From positions 7,705 to 71,704 of the forward strand of contig CACZAZ010000006.1 of assembly GCA_902779285.1 (NCBI GenBank): 64,000 bases of DNA, read 5' to 3'. Position numbers and translations under genes: made by a program. This DNA is from an uncultured Ruminococcus sp. (lineage in GTDB: Bacteria > Bacillota > Clostridia > Oscillospirales > CAG-272). Positions 27,065 to 34,461 of this stretch are shown here, in pieces. The notes under the pieces are model-generated. The model worked only from the letters and a program-made list of their open reading frames with translations. It did no database searches and was not told the origin of the DNA. Position 1 is the first letter of the stretch, and every line of letters starts with the position of its first letter.

Positions 27065-27182
27065 CTTCACTTTTGCCGAAGGCAAAAACATCACGATCGC
27101 CGGCGCTCCGTTTCGGAGTACCGGCGATCACTTCACTTTGCGCCGTGGCGCAAAACTTCACTTTGTTCGCGCCCGCGCGGAC
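27065..27182. repeat. Array B: four copies of C(T/A)TCAC, each followed by a different hairpin
   Basis: Words at 27065, 27089 (CATCAC), 27131 and 27156. Hairpins: TTTTGCC-gaa-GGCAAAA; GATCGCCGG[...CTCCG-ttt-CGGAG...]CCGGCGATC; TTTGCGC-cgtg-GCGCAAA; GTTCGCG-cccg-CGCGGAC. Confidence 0.85.
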
Positions 27183-27184
27183 GA

Positions 27185-28585
27185 TCAGTATTCCGCGGAG
27201 CCGACGGTGCGGGGATAGGGGATGACGTCGCGGATGTTCGAGACGCCCGTGAGGTACATGATGATCCGCTCGAAGCCGAGTCCGTAGCCGGCGTGACGCG
27301 CGCCCCCGAAGCGGCGGAGATTCAGGTACCACGAGTAGTCCTCCTCGCGCATCCCGAGTTCTTTGATCCGTTTGATCAGAAGGTCGTACCGCTCCTCGCG
27401 CTGCGACCCGCCGATGATCTCCCCGACGCCGGGGACCAGCAGATCCATCGCCGCAACCGTCTTGCCGTCGTCGTTCTGCCGCATATAGAACGCCTTGATA
27501 TCCTTCGGATAATCGGTGACGAAGATCGGCGCGCCGAACACCTTCTCGGTCAGATACCGTTCGTGCTCGGTCTGCAGATCCATCCCCCACGAGACGGGAT
27601 ACTTGAAGGGTTCCCCGCTCTTTTGCAGGATCTCGATCGCCTCGGTGTACTTGACCTCGCGGCAGTCGGATCCAACGAGGGTGTTCAGCCGCTCGGAAAG
27701 CCCCTTGTCCACGAAGTTGTTGAAGAACTCGATCTCGGCGGGACAGGTCGTGAGGACGTGCCGGATGATGTGCCGGATCATATCCCAGGCGAGTTTCATA
27801 CAGTCGGAGAGGTCCGCGAACGCGATCTCCGGCTCGATCATCCAGAACTCCGCCGCGTGGCGGGCGGTGTTCGAGTTCTCGGCGCGGAAGGTCGGACCGA
27901 AGGTGTAGATGTTCCCGAACGCCATCGCGTAGGTCTCGCCCTCGAGCTGTCCGGACACGGTCAGGTTCGCGCTCTTGCCGAAGAAGTCCTGCGAATAATC
28001 CACCTTGCCGTCCTCGGTTTTCGGCGGATCCTCGAGATCCAGCGTGGTGACGCGGAACATCTCGCCCGCGCCCTCGCAGTCGGACGCCGTGATCAGGGGC
28101 GTATGCACGTAGACGAAGCCGCGGTCGTGGAAGAAACTGTGGATGGCGTACGCCGCCTCGCTCCGCACGCGGAAGACGGCGGAGAACAGATTGGTGCGCG
28201 GCCGCAGATACGCGATCTCGCGCAGGTATTCGACGGTGTGCCGCTTTTTCTGCAGCGGATAATCGGGGGTCGACGTCCCCTCAATTTCGACCTTGTCCGC
28301 CTTGATCTCAAAGGGCTGTTTCGCCCCCGGGGTCAGTTCGAGTTTCCCCGTGACGATCAGCGCCGCCCCGACGTTCTGGGACGCGATCTCGTCGTAGTTG
28401 GCGATCTTCTCGCGCTCGAAGACGACCTGCACCGTCTTAAAGCAGCTCCCGTCGTAGAGATCGATAAAGCCGAACGCGCGGCTGTCGCGGATCGAGCGCG
28501 CCCAGCCCCCGACCGTGACGGTCTTCCCTCCGAGGGAAGAGGATTCGTCGTACAGCCGCCGGACGGCGGTCAGTTGTTCTTTCAT
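27185..28585 (-). CDS. asnS: asparagine--tRNA ligase
   Basis: 466 aa. OB-fold N-terminus ([21 protein letters not shown]) and class II motifs ([35 protein letters not shown]). Confidence 0.96.
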   Translation of the reverse strand: MKEQLTAVRRLYDESSSLGGKTVTVGGWARSIRDSRAFGFIDLYDGSCFKTVQVVFEREKIANYDEIASQNVGAALIVTGKLELTPGAKQPFEIKADKVEIEGTSTPDYPLQKKRHTVEYLREIAYLRPRTNLFSAVFRVRSEAAYAIHSFFHDRGFVYVHTPLITASDCEGAGEMFRVTTLDLEDPPKTEDGKVDYSQDFFGKSANLTVSGQLEGETYAMAFGNIYTFGPTFRAENSNTARHAAEFWMIEPEIAFADLSDCMKLAWDMIRHIIRHVLTTCPAEIEFFNNFVDKGLSERLNTLVGSDCREVKYTEAIEILQKSGEPFKYPVSWGMDLQTEHERYLTEKVFGAPIFVTDYPKDIKAFYMRQNDDGKTVAAMDLLVPGVGEIIGGSQREERYDLLIKRIKELGMREEDYSWYLNLRRFGGARHAGYGLGFERIIMYLTGVSNIRDVIPYPRTVGSAEY

Positions 28586-28715
28586 ACTTCCGTTCCTTTC
28601 GGACGTTTTCCCGTATTTACAGGTTATTATAGCATACCCGCGCCGGGATTTCCACCCTTTCGTTCCCTTTTTTTCTTTTTTCTTTCCGTTTTTTCATCTT
28701 TTTCCCAAAAATCAC

Positions 28716-28751
28716 TTGACGCGTGACTTTTTCTGTGCTATAATAGTCACG
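28716..28751 (+). promoter_or_regulatory. sigma-A consensus promoter bracketed by a 7-bp inverted repeat
   Basis: TTGACG (28716-28721), 17-nt spacer, TATAAT (28739-28744). CGTGACT (28722-28728) and AGTCACG (28745-28751) flank the spacer and the -10 element. Confidence 0.7.
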
Positions 28752-28784
28752 CAATAAGTTACATCAGGAGGAAAAAACCGCAAA

Positions 28785-29108
28785 ATGAACGACTTGGAAC
28801 GAAGGATCCCCGCGGGGATCGAACATCTGATCGCGGCGATCTGCGAGGACTACCCGAGGAGAAAGCGCGAGATCGAATCGGGCGAGGGCGATCCCCTGAC
28901 GCTCGCCGAGTACCGCCGGCTGAACGATCTTGTCGACGACGCGCTCGAGGAGAGCTGCGAGCCCGAGATCCGGGAGGAGATGCGGCGGGATCTCGCGCTG
29001 CGGCGCGGGGCGCACTACACCCAGATCTGGCAGATCGGGGAGGGGACCTACAAGAACCGGAAGCGGACCTGCAAGCTCGCGATCGCGCGTCGGCTCCGGC
29101 TGCTCTGA
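28785..29108 (+). CDS. hypothetical small protein (107 aa, acidic core, basic C-terminal helix)
   Basis: RBS AGGAGGA. Strong promoter. The C-terminus YTQIWQIGEGTYKNRKRTCKLAIARRL looks HTH/sigma-region-4-like. No family recognised with confidence. Confidence 0.65.
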   Translation: MNDLERRIPAGIEHLIAAICEDYPRRKREIESGEGDPLTLAEYRRLNDLVDDALEESCEPEIREEMRRDLALRRGAHYTQIWQIGEGTYKNRKRTCKLAIARRLRLL

Positions 29109-29109
29109 A

Positions 29110-29592
29110 TCAGGTCTCGGGGATCACCCCGGTAACGAACCCCATCGGGTCGGCGGACGAGAGATCGGCGGCGATGATCCGCCCGCGGTAGACGATCAGA
29201 TTGGCGTAGACCGTCCCGGCGTCCCCGGGGTAGTTCAGGACCTCGTAGGTGTAGCGCGTCACCTTCTTTTTCCGGTAGCGCGAGAGGTCGAGCCCCTGCG
29301 CCTTCTGGATCTCGTTGTACCCCTGCATCACCCGGTCGAAATTCTCGGGCAGGGTGAAGGTCGCCTCGTCGACGGCTTCCCGCTTGACGTTCCACCCCTG
29401 TTTTTCGAGAAAGTCGATCCGCCCCGCGTCGGTGTCCGCCCCGGTATAGGAGACCGAGGTCCCCGACGCGGCGGCGACGAGGCGGCCGTCCGAGAGGATC
29501 AGAGTGCCGAAAAGGAGAACGGCGCAAAGCAGAGCCGCCCCGATGAAGCGAAGGGTCGACGCGCGGACCGAGCAGATGAACATGGAAAACAC
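29110..29592 (-). CDS. N-terminally anchored hypothetical protein (DUF4830-like by recollection)
   Basis: One TM/signal-anchor, then a domain of about 120 aa (IDFLEKQGW...YEVLNYPGD...ANLIVYRGRIIAADL). The start is GTG 29592 or ATG 29583. Confidence 0.7.
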   Translation of the reverse strand: MFSMFICSVRASTLRFIGAALLCAVLLFGTLILSDGRLVAAASGTSVSYTGADTDAGRIDFLEKQGWNVKREAVDEATFTLPENFDRVMQGYNEIQKAQGLDLSRYRKKKVTRYTYEVLNYPGDAGTVYANLIVYRGRIIAADLSSADPMGFVTGVIPET

Positions 29593-29626
29593 CCCCTGTC
29601 AAGATGGTACAATCTATGACAGGGGG
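29592..29626 (-). promoter_or_regulatory. perfect 10-bp inverted repeat (hairpin) overlapping the RBS/start of 29110-29592
   Basis: CCCCCTGTCA (29592-29601) and TGACAGGGGG (29617-29626) with a 15-nt loop. On the minus strand it is followed by TGTTTTCC-ATG. Confidence 0.6.
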
Positions 29627-29676
29627 CGCAGGATTATGCCCGCTCCGTTCGGCTTGCCGTCAAACGGCGGGTATGT

Positions 29677-29775
29677 TCAGCGGTTGTTGCAGCAGCAGCA
29701 ACAGATGACGACGGCGGCAAGGATCCAGATCCAGGCGTTATCGTCGTCGAGGATACGGCAAAGACAGTTGCCCAT
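29677..29775 (-). CDS. unannotated 32-codon Cys-rich membrane peptide MGNCLCRILDDDNAWIWILAAVVICCCCCNNR
   Basis: Hand-translated from the minus strand. ATG at 29775 preceded by GGAAGGGA with 8-nt spacing. TGA at 29679-29677. Below the ORF-track length cutoff. Confidence 0.6.
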   Translation of the reverse strand: MGNCLCRILDDDNAWIWILAAVVICCCCCNNR

Positions 29776-29856
29776 TGTGTTCGTCCCTTCCTTTTCTATT
29801 TCAGAGGGGGATCCCCCTGCATTAACAGGATATGCGAAGGGACGGGGACGGGTGCA

Positions 29857-30804
29857 TTACTGCCCGATGCCCATTGACTCCATCAGCCGCTTGTTGAACT
29901 CCTCGGCGGTATTGTAGCCGAGTTTCTTCTGGCGGTTGTTCATGGCGGCGATCTCGATGATGATGGCGAGGTTGCGCCCGGGGTGGACCGGGATCACGAT
30001 GGACGGGACGCGGATGCCGAGGATGTCGGTGAACTGCTCTTCCAGCCCGAGGCGGTCGTACATCTTTCCCTGCTCCCAGGGCTCGAGGTTGATGATGAGG
30101 TCGATCTTCTCGGTCTCCTTGACCGCGCCCATACCGAAGAGGCGGCAGACGTCGACGATCCCGATGCCGCGCAGCTCGATGTAGTGGCGGATGATCTCGG
30201 GCGAACTGCCGACCAGAGTTTTCGCGGAGACCCGCCGGATATCGACCGCGTCGTCCGCAATCAGCCGGTGTCCGCGCTTGACGAGTTCGATCGCGGTCTC
30301 GGATTTCCCGATGCCGCTGTCCCCGAGCAGAAGGATACCTTCGCCGTAGACCTCGACCAGCACGCCGTGGCGGGTCAGACGCGGGGCGAGTTCGGTCGAG
30401 AGCAGAGCGATCAGAGCCGCCATCAGAGGGGAGGTCAGATCGGCGCTCCGGAGGATCGGCACGCGGTACTTTTCGGCAAACTTACGGGCGTCCTCCCCGA
30501 TCGAGAGCGACGAGGTATAGATGACGCCGACGGGCCGCGACGCGTAGAACGCCTCGAGCCGTTTGGCGCGTTCCTCGGGAGAGAGCGTCGCGAGATACAG
30601 GTGCTCCACCTTCCCGATGATCTGGAGCCGCGACGCCTCGTAATGGTCGTAGAACCCGGCGAACTGAAGACCCGGGCGGTTGATGCCCGCGTTCGAGATC
30701 ATAATGTTCTCGGGCAGGTCGGGCAGGTAGACCGTCTCGAACGCGCGGTCGCTGATGATCTTCGAGAGCGGGACCGAATAGACCGCTTCTTCCTTTTTAG
30801 CCAT
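29857..30804 (-). CDS. hprK: HPr kinase/phosphorylase
   Basis: LLLGDSGIGKSETAIELVKRGHRLIADD P-loop and the C-terminal signature. Confidence 0.96.
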   Translation of the reverse strand: MAKKEEAVYSVPLSKIISDRAFETVYLPDLPENIMISNAGINRPGLQFAGFYDHYEASRLQIIGKVEHLYLATLSPEERAKRLEAFYASRPVGVIYTSSLSIGEDARKFAEKYRVPILRSADLTSPLMAALIALLSTELAPRLTRHGVLVEVYGEGILLLGDSGIGKSETAIELVKRGHRLIADDAVDIRRVSAKTLVGSSPEIIRHYIELRGIGIVDVCRLFGMGAVKETEKIDLIINLEPWEQGKMYDRLGLEEQFTDILGIRVPSIVIPVHPGRNLAIIIEIAAMNNRQKKLGYNTAEEFNKRLMESMGIGQ

Positions 30805-30899
30805 GGCGTTTCCCTTTCTCTTTGGGATTTGTTTCTTTTTCTATTGTAGCACAGACCCGAAAAGAATGCAAGAGACCGGGGACAAGTCCCCGCCGGTTT

Positions 30900-31598
30900 T
30901 CACTCCGCGATCGTGATCTCGATATCCCCGGTGCCGGACGAGGCGTCGAAGTCGCCGCCCGCGCGCGTTTTCGGCACGTCTACGTCGCCCGTACGCGACT
31001 TGGCGAAGAAGACCTTTTCCGAAAGGATCGTCCCCTCGACGTCTCCCGTGTCGGTCTTGATCTTATAGCTCGCGGCGTCGCACCGGTAAAGCTTGACGTC
31101 CCCGGTATCGGTCTCGATCTTCGCGTCGCCTGTCCCGACGACGTTCTTCAAGATCACGTCGCCCGTATCGGTCTCGACCGTGAGCGCGGCGCACGATACG
31201 TCGGTCAGTTTCACTTTTCCCGTGTCGGTCTCGACCGAAAGATCTGCGCAACGCGCGACGTCGAGGATCACCTTGCCGGTATTGGTCCGGATCCCGACGT
31301 TGCCCGCCGTCAGAGGCGTCGCCGTCACGTCCCCGGTATCGGTCTTGATCCGAACGGAGGTCGCGAAGGTTCCGCCGAGTTCCACGTCGCCCGTATCGGT
31401 CTCGACGTCGAGTTTCAGAAACGAGTACGTCCCGTGGAAAACGACGTCCCCCGTGTCGGTCTCAAGTTTGAGGGCTTCGTATTCACCCGCGGGAAGGTAG
31501 ATCTTCACCTTCGGGCTCTTGGAGAACACCCGGATCTTTTCGTACCACTTCCGCTGATCGACCGCCGAAACGGTCAGTTTCCCGTCGGAGAGCGACAC
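30900..31598 (-). CDS. DUF4097-type beta-helix repeat protein (coding-looking frame continues upstream to 31733 without a start codon)
   Basis: About 10 repeats of T(D/N)TG(D/K)V spaced about 20 aa apart. The tracked start is GTG 31598. See the findings for the start-less upstream extension. Confidence 0.8.
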   Translation of the reverse strand: MSLSDGKLTVSAVDQRKWYEKIRVFSKSPKVKIYLPAGEYEALKLETDTGDVVFHGTYSFLKLDVETDTGDVELGGTFATSVRIKTDTGDVTATPLTAGNVGIRTNTGKVILDVARCADLSVETDTGKVKLTDVSCAALTVETDTGDVILKNVVGTGDAKIETDTGDVKLYRCDAASYKIKTDTGDVEGTILSEKVFFAKSRTGDVDVPKTRAGGDFDASSGTGDIEITIAE

Positions 31599-31733
31599 TT
31601 CGTGCGGCTGCTTTTCGGTCTCGCAGCACTCGACGCGTAAAACCCCGTCCTCGGCGGGATAGAAATCAACGTCGGAGGTGCGGACCGAGATCCCGACCGA
31701 CGAGAGCGCGCCCTCGGGCGTGTAGGTCTTGGT

Positions 31734-32324
31734 TTAGTCATTGTTTTTCTCCTTCCGCCTGAAAAGACCTGCGATCATTCGGCATACCGCCGAGATCCCG
31801 CGCCAAAGCGCCTTCGTCGCCGCAATCGCTCCGAAGAGCAAAAGGATCGCGAGCCCGCCCGATACGAGAGCCCCGCCCAGCGTGAAGAACGCCGCCGCCG
31901 CCTGACCCGTCGCGAGCAAAACGAAGAACGTGCCGACCCCGCCGACCGCCCCCGCCGCAAACGATATCTCGACCGCCCAGAGCGTCACGAAGAGCGAGAA
32001 GAGCAGCGACGCGACGGTGATAAAGAACGTGAGCAGGATCGGGAACCAGATCGGGAATCCGAGCAACAGCAAGAGGATCACGCCGACCCGTCCGCCGCCG
32101 CTCTTTCGCGGGGGTTCCTCTGCGACGGCGGGGCGCTCCGCAAGGATCTGCGAGACCGTCCCCTCGACCGTTCCCACGCTCGCGACGGCGTCGGGCTCGG
32201 GCATCCCCTCCTCGATCCTGTCGTCGATCATCTCGGCGTAGAAGTTCACTCTCTCCTCGCGCTCCTTCCGCGGCAGTTTCGACAACCCCCGCGAGAGCGC
32301 GGAAAGAAACTCTTTTTTTGTCAT
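31734..32324 (-). CDS. DUF1700-like membrane protein (PadR-associated)
   Basis: MTKKEFLSALSRGLSKLPRKEREERVNFYAEMIDDRIEEG N-terminus, then TM helices. ATGA overlap with padR. Confidence 0.8.
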   Translation of the reverse strand: MTKKEFLSALSRGLSKLPRKEREERVNFYAEMIDDRIEEGMPEPDAVASVGTVEGTVSQILAERPAVAEEPPRKSGGGRVGVILLLLLGFPIWFPILLTFFITVASLLFSLFVTLWAVEISFAAGAVGGVGTFFVLLATGQAAAAFFTLGGALVSGGLAILLLFGAIAATKALWRGISAVCRMIAGLFRRKEKNND

Positions 32325-32638
32325 TGTTTGTTTCCCTCCCTGACAACGAAACGGTAAACCGTCATGATCTCTTTCCATTCCTCTTGAAACTCCGCGAGCC
32401 GTACCCGCCCCCGGTCGGTGATCCTATAATACTTTCGGAGCCGCCCGTCGTGTTCGGCGGTCCTGACCGTCAGCATCCCCGCCCCTTCCAGGCGTTTCAG
32501 AATGGTGTAGAGGGTGGATTCCGACATTTCGAGATAGGGTTTCATCTCTTTGATGATCCGATAGCCGTAGGATTCTCCGTCCCGGATCGCGGCAAGCACG
32601 CACACGTCGAGCAATCCGCGTTTCAGCTGATTATCCAT
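32321..32638 (-). CDS. PadR family transcriptional regulator
   Basis: LDVCVLAAIRDGESYGYRIIKEM...STLYTILKRLEGAGML...RKYYRITDRG winged-HTH signature. Confidence 0.93.
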   Translation of the reverse strand: MDNQLKRGLLDVCVLAAIRDGESYGYRIIKEMKPYLEMSESTLYTILKRLEGAGMLTVRTAEHDGRLRKYYRITDRGRVRLAEFQEEWKEIMTVYRFVVREGNKQ

Positions 32639-32662
32639 ACCATACCTCCCCTCGTGGAATAC

Positions 32663-32691
32663 ATCATATCACGAAGTATTGCGTTTGTCAA
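32663..32691 (-). promoter_or_regulatory. sigma-A consensus promoter of the padR operon
   Basis: On the minus strand: TTGACA (32691-32686), 17-nt spacer, TATGAT (32668-32663). Confidence 0.7.
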
Positions 32692-32742
32692 GAAAAAAAC
32701 GAATATTTTTTTGAAAACCCGCCGCGGGCTTCCCGTGCGTTC

Positions 32743-32771
32743 TTGCATTCTTTTCTTTTTTATGATATACT
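32743..32771 (+). promoter_or_regulatory. sigma-A type promoter for 32802-33731
   Basis: TTGCAT (32743-32748), 17-nt spacer, TATACT (32766-32771). Confidence 0.65.
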
Positions 32772-32801
32772 GAAAACACAACCGACCGGGAGGATCGAAA
32801 A

Positions 32802-33731
32802 ATGGGACTGATCGCACGGAAATACCGTGAACAACTGCTCTGCCGCTACGATAAGGACGGCTACACGCCGTATCTTTCGGCGTCCGACTTTCCGGGGCTC
32901 ACCGTTGAGGAGGGCTCCTTCGTCAACACCGCCGGGGTCTCGGTCGCGTACTTCCTGTACCGCTATGAAAACTGCGATCCCGAAAAGCTGGTCGTCTTCT
33001 GCCACGGGCTGGGGGTGGGACACACGGCGTATCTTGCCGAGATCGAGTATTTGTGCCGAAACGGGCTGCGGGTCCTGACGCTCGACTACACCGGCTGCGA
33101 CAGGTCCGGAGGCGACGGTATGCTCTCGGTCAACCGCCCGACGCGGGACGTGATCGAACTGCTCGACTGCCTGAAACCCGCGGAGGAACTCTCGGTCGTC
33201 GGTCACTCGCTCGGCGGCTACACGGCGCTGAACGTGATCCGCGTACTCGATAAGATCCGGCGGGGCGTGATCATCTCGGGCTTCCTCTATTCCAGACAGA
33301 TGCTCGGGCATTTCATCAAGAATCGGCTGATCCACTATCTCGTCGAGCGGGTCGAACGAAAGAACGATCCCGAATTCGCGCGCGCCGACAACGCCGAATA
33401 CCTGAAAAAGACGACCGACCGTCTGCTCTTCATCGCGTCGACGGACGATCCGACGGTCCCGTACTCGATCGGCGCGGGGCTGGCGCAGACGCTCGGCAAC
33501 GACCGGCTGGAGTTCCTCGTCGAGCAGAACAAGAAGCACAACCCGACCTACACCGCCGAGGCGCTCGCCTTTATGCAGGAATCTTTCGGGACCTTCAACC
33601 GGCTCGTCGCGGAAGGCAAACTGCAAACGCTCGAAGAAAAGCAGGCGTTTTTCGCCGACAAACCCGCGTCGAAGATGACCGCACAGGACGACGCCGTGAT
33701 GGGCGAGGTCGTGCGGTTTATCAAGGAATAA
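32802..33731 (+). CDS. alpha/beta hydrolase
   Basis: VVFCHGLGVGHTAY and the nucleophile elbow VVGHSLGG. Confidence 0.8.
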   Translation: MGLIARKYREQLLCRYDKDGYTPYLSASDFPGLTVEEGSFVNTAGVSVAYFLYRYENCDPEKLVVFCHGLGVGHTAYLAEIEYLCRNGLRVLTLDYTGCDRSGGDGMLSVNRPTRDVIELLDCLKPAEELSVVGHSLGGYTALNVIRVLDKIRRGVIISGFLYSRQMLGHFIKNRLIHYLVERVERKNDPEFARADNAEYLKKTTDRLLFIASTDDPTVPYSIGAGLAQTLGNDRLEFLVEQNKKHNPTYTAEALAFMQESFGTFNRLVAEGKLQTLEEKQAFFADKPASKMTAQDDAVMGEVVRFIKE

Positions 33732-33775
33732 TCCCCGAACCCCGAAAACCCCTCTTTTCTGCCCTCAAACAAATA

Positions 33776-33808
33776 TCGCCCCCGGCAAGCCGGGGGCGAC
33801 GTTTTTTT
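33776..33808 (+). terminator. rho-independent terminator
   Basis: TCGCCCCCGG, loop caag, CCGGGGGCGA, then CGTTTTTTT. Confidence 0.85.
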
Positions 33809-33810
33809 GA

Positions 33811-34266
33811 TCACCGGAACCGATAGATCAGATTGAGACTGTCCGGCGCGTCCTCGTCGACGTATCCCGTATCGACGAAGCCGACCTTTTCGTAGACGCG
33901 GAGCGCAGGAGCGTCCTCGCGCTTGACGCAGACCTCGACGCAGTCGTACTTGCGCTCGCGCCCGAGTTCGGCAAGGATCAGGCGCAGGGCTTCGGTGCCG
34001 TATCCCTTTCCCTGTTCGGGCAGGTCGATCATGAACTGCTGCAGATCGTAGCAGGCAGGCTCCTCGTCGAGATCTTTGACGAGGGCGACGCCGACGAGTT
34101 TTCCGTCGCAGTCGATCCCGTAAACGCGGGGGCGGCAGTCGCGGTAAACGTACCCTCTCGCAAGGATACCGAGCGGACTGTCCAGGTAGGTTTTCTGCTC
34201 TTCGTCAAGCGTCAGGCGCCTGACGGCGAACTGGTTTTCTTCGGTGATTTCCACCAATTTGATCAT
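33811..34266 (-). CDS. GNAT family N-acetyltransferase
   Basis: ATG at 34266 (MIKLVEITEENQF). QGKGYGTEALRLIL acetyl-CoA-binding motif. The tracked ORF extends 50 codons further upstream without an RBS. Confidence 0.8.
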   Translation of the reverse strand: MIKLVEITEENQFAVRRLTLDEEQKTYLDSPLGILARGYVYRDCRPRVYGIDCDGKLVGVALVKDLDEEPACYDLQQFMIDLPEQGKGYGTEALRLILAELGRERKYDCVEVCVKREDAPALRVYEKVGFVDTGYVDEDAPDSLNLIYRFR

Positions 34267-34421
34267 TTGATGATCCTCCTTCGTTTTTTGGAGGGTCAGA
34301 GTTCGTGCGCCCTCCGTACACGGTTCAATTTCATAAAGACCACATCCTTTCGGTTTCGTCCGCCGGGCGTGGGCGGCAAGAACAGTATAACATATCGGCG
34401 CCGGTTTTGCAAGCAAAAAAA

Positions 34422-34449
34422 GCGTCGGCGGGGGATCTCCCGCCGACGC
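34422..34449 (-). terminator. rho-independent terminator of the M3 peptidase gene
   Basis: GCGTCGGCGGG pairs with CCCGCCGACGC (11-bp stem). The T-run on the minus strand is the A-run at 34414-34420. Confidence 0.8.
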
Positions 34450-34461
34450 CCGCGCGATCGG

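Noticed and set aside
28586-28715. T-box leader upstream of asnS.
   Set aside because: The promoter (TGGAAA-17-TATAAT on the minus strand) leaves only about 35 nt of leader. I found no specifier-loop, T-box sequence or terminator/antiterminator pair.
26792-28726. 644-aa plus-strand ORF spanning Array B and the whole asnS gene.
   Set aside because: It is antisense to an unmistakable asparaginyl-tRNA synthetase, runs through a terminator hairpin and the repeat array, and has a low-complexity translation.
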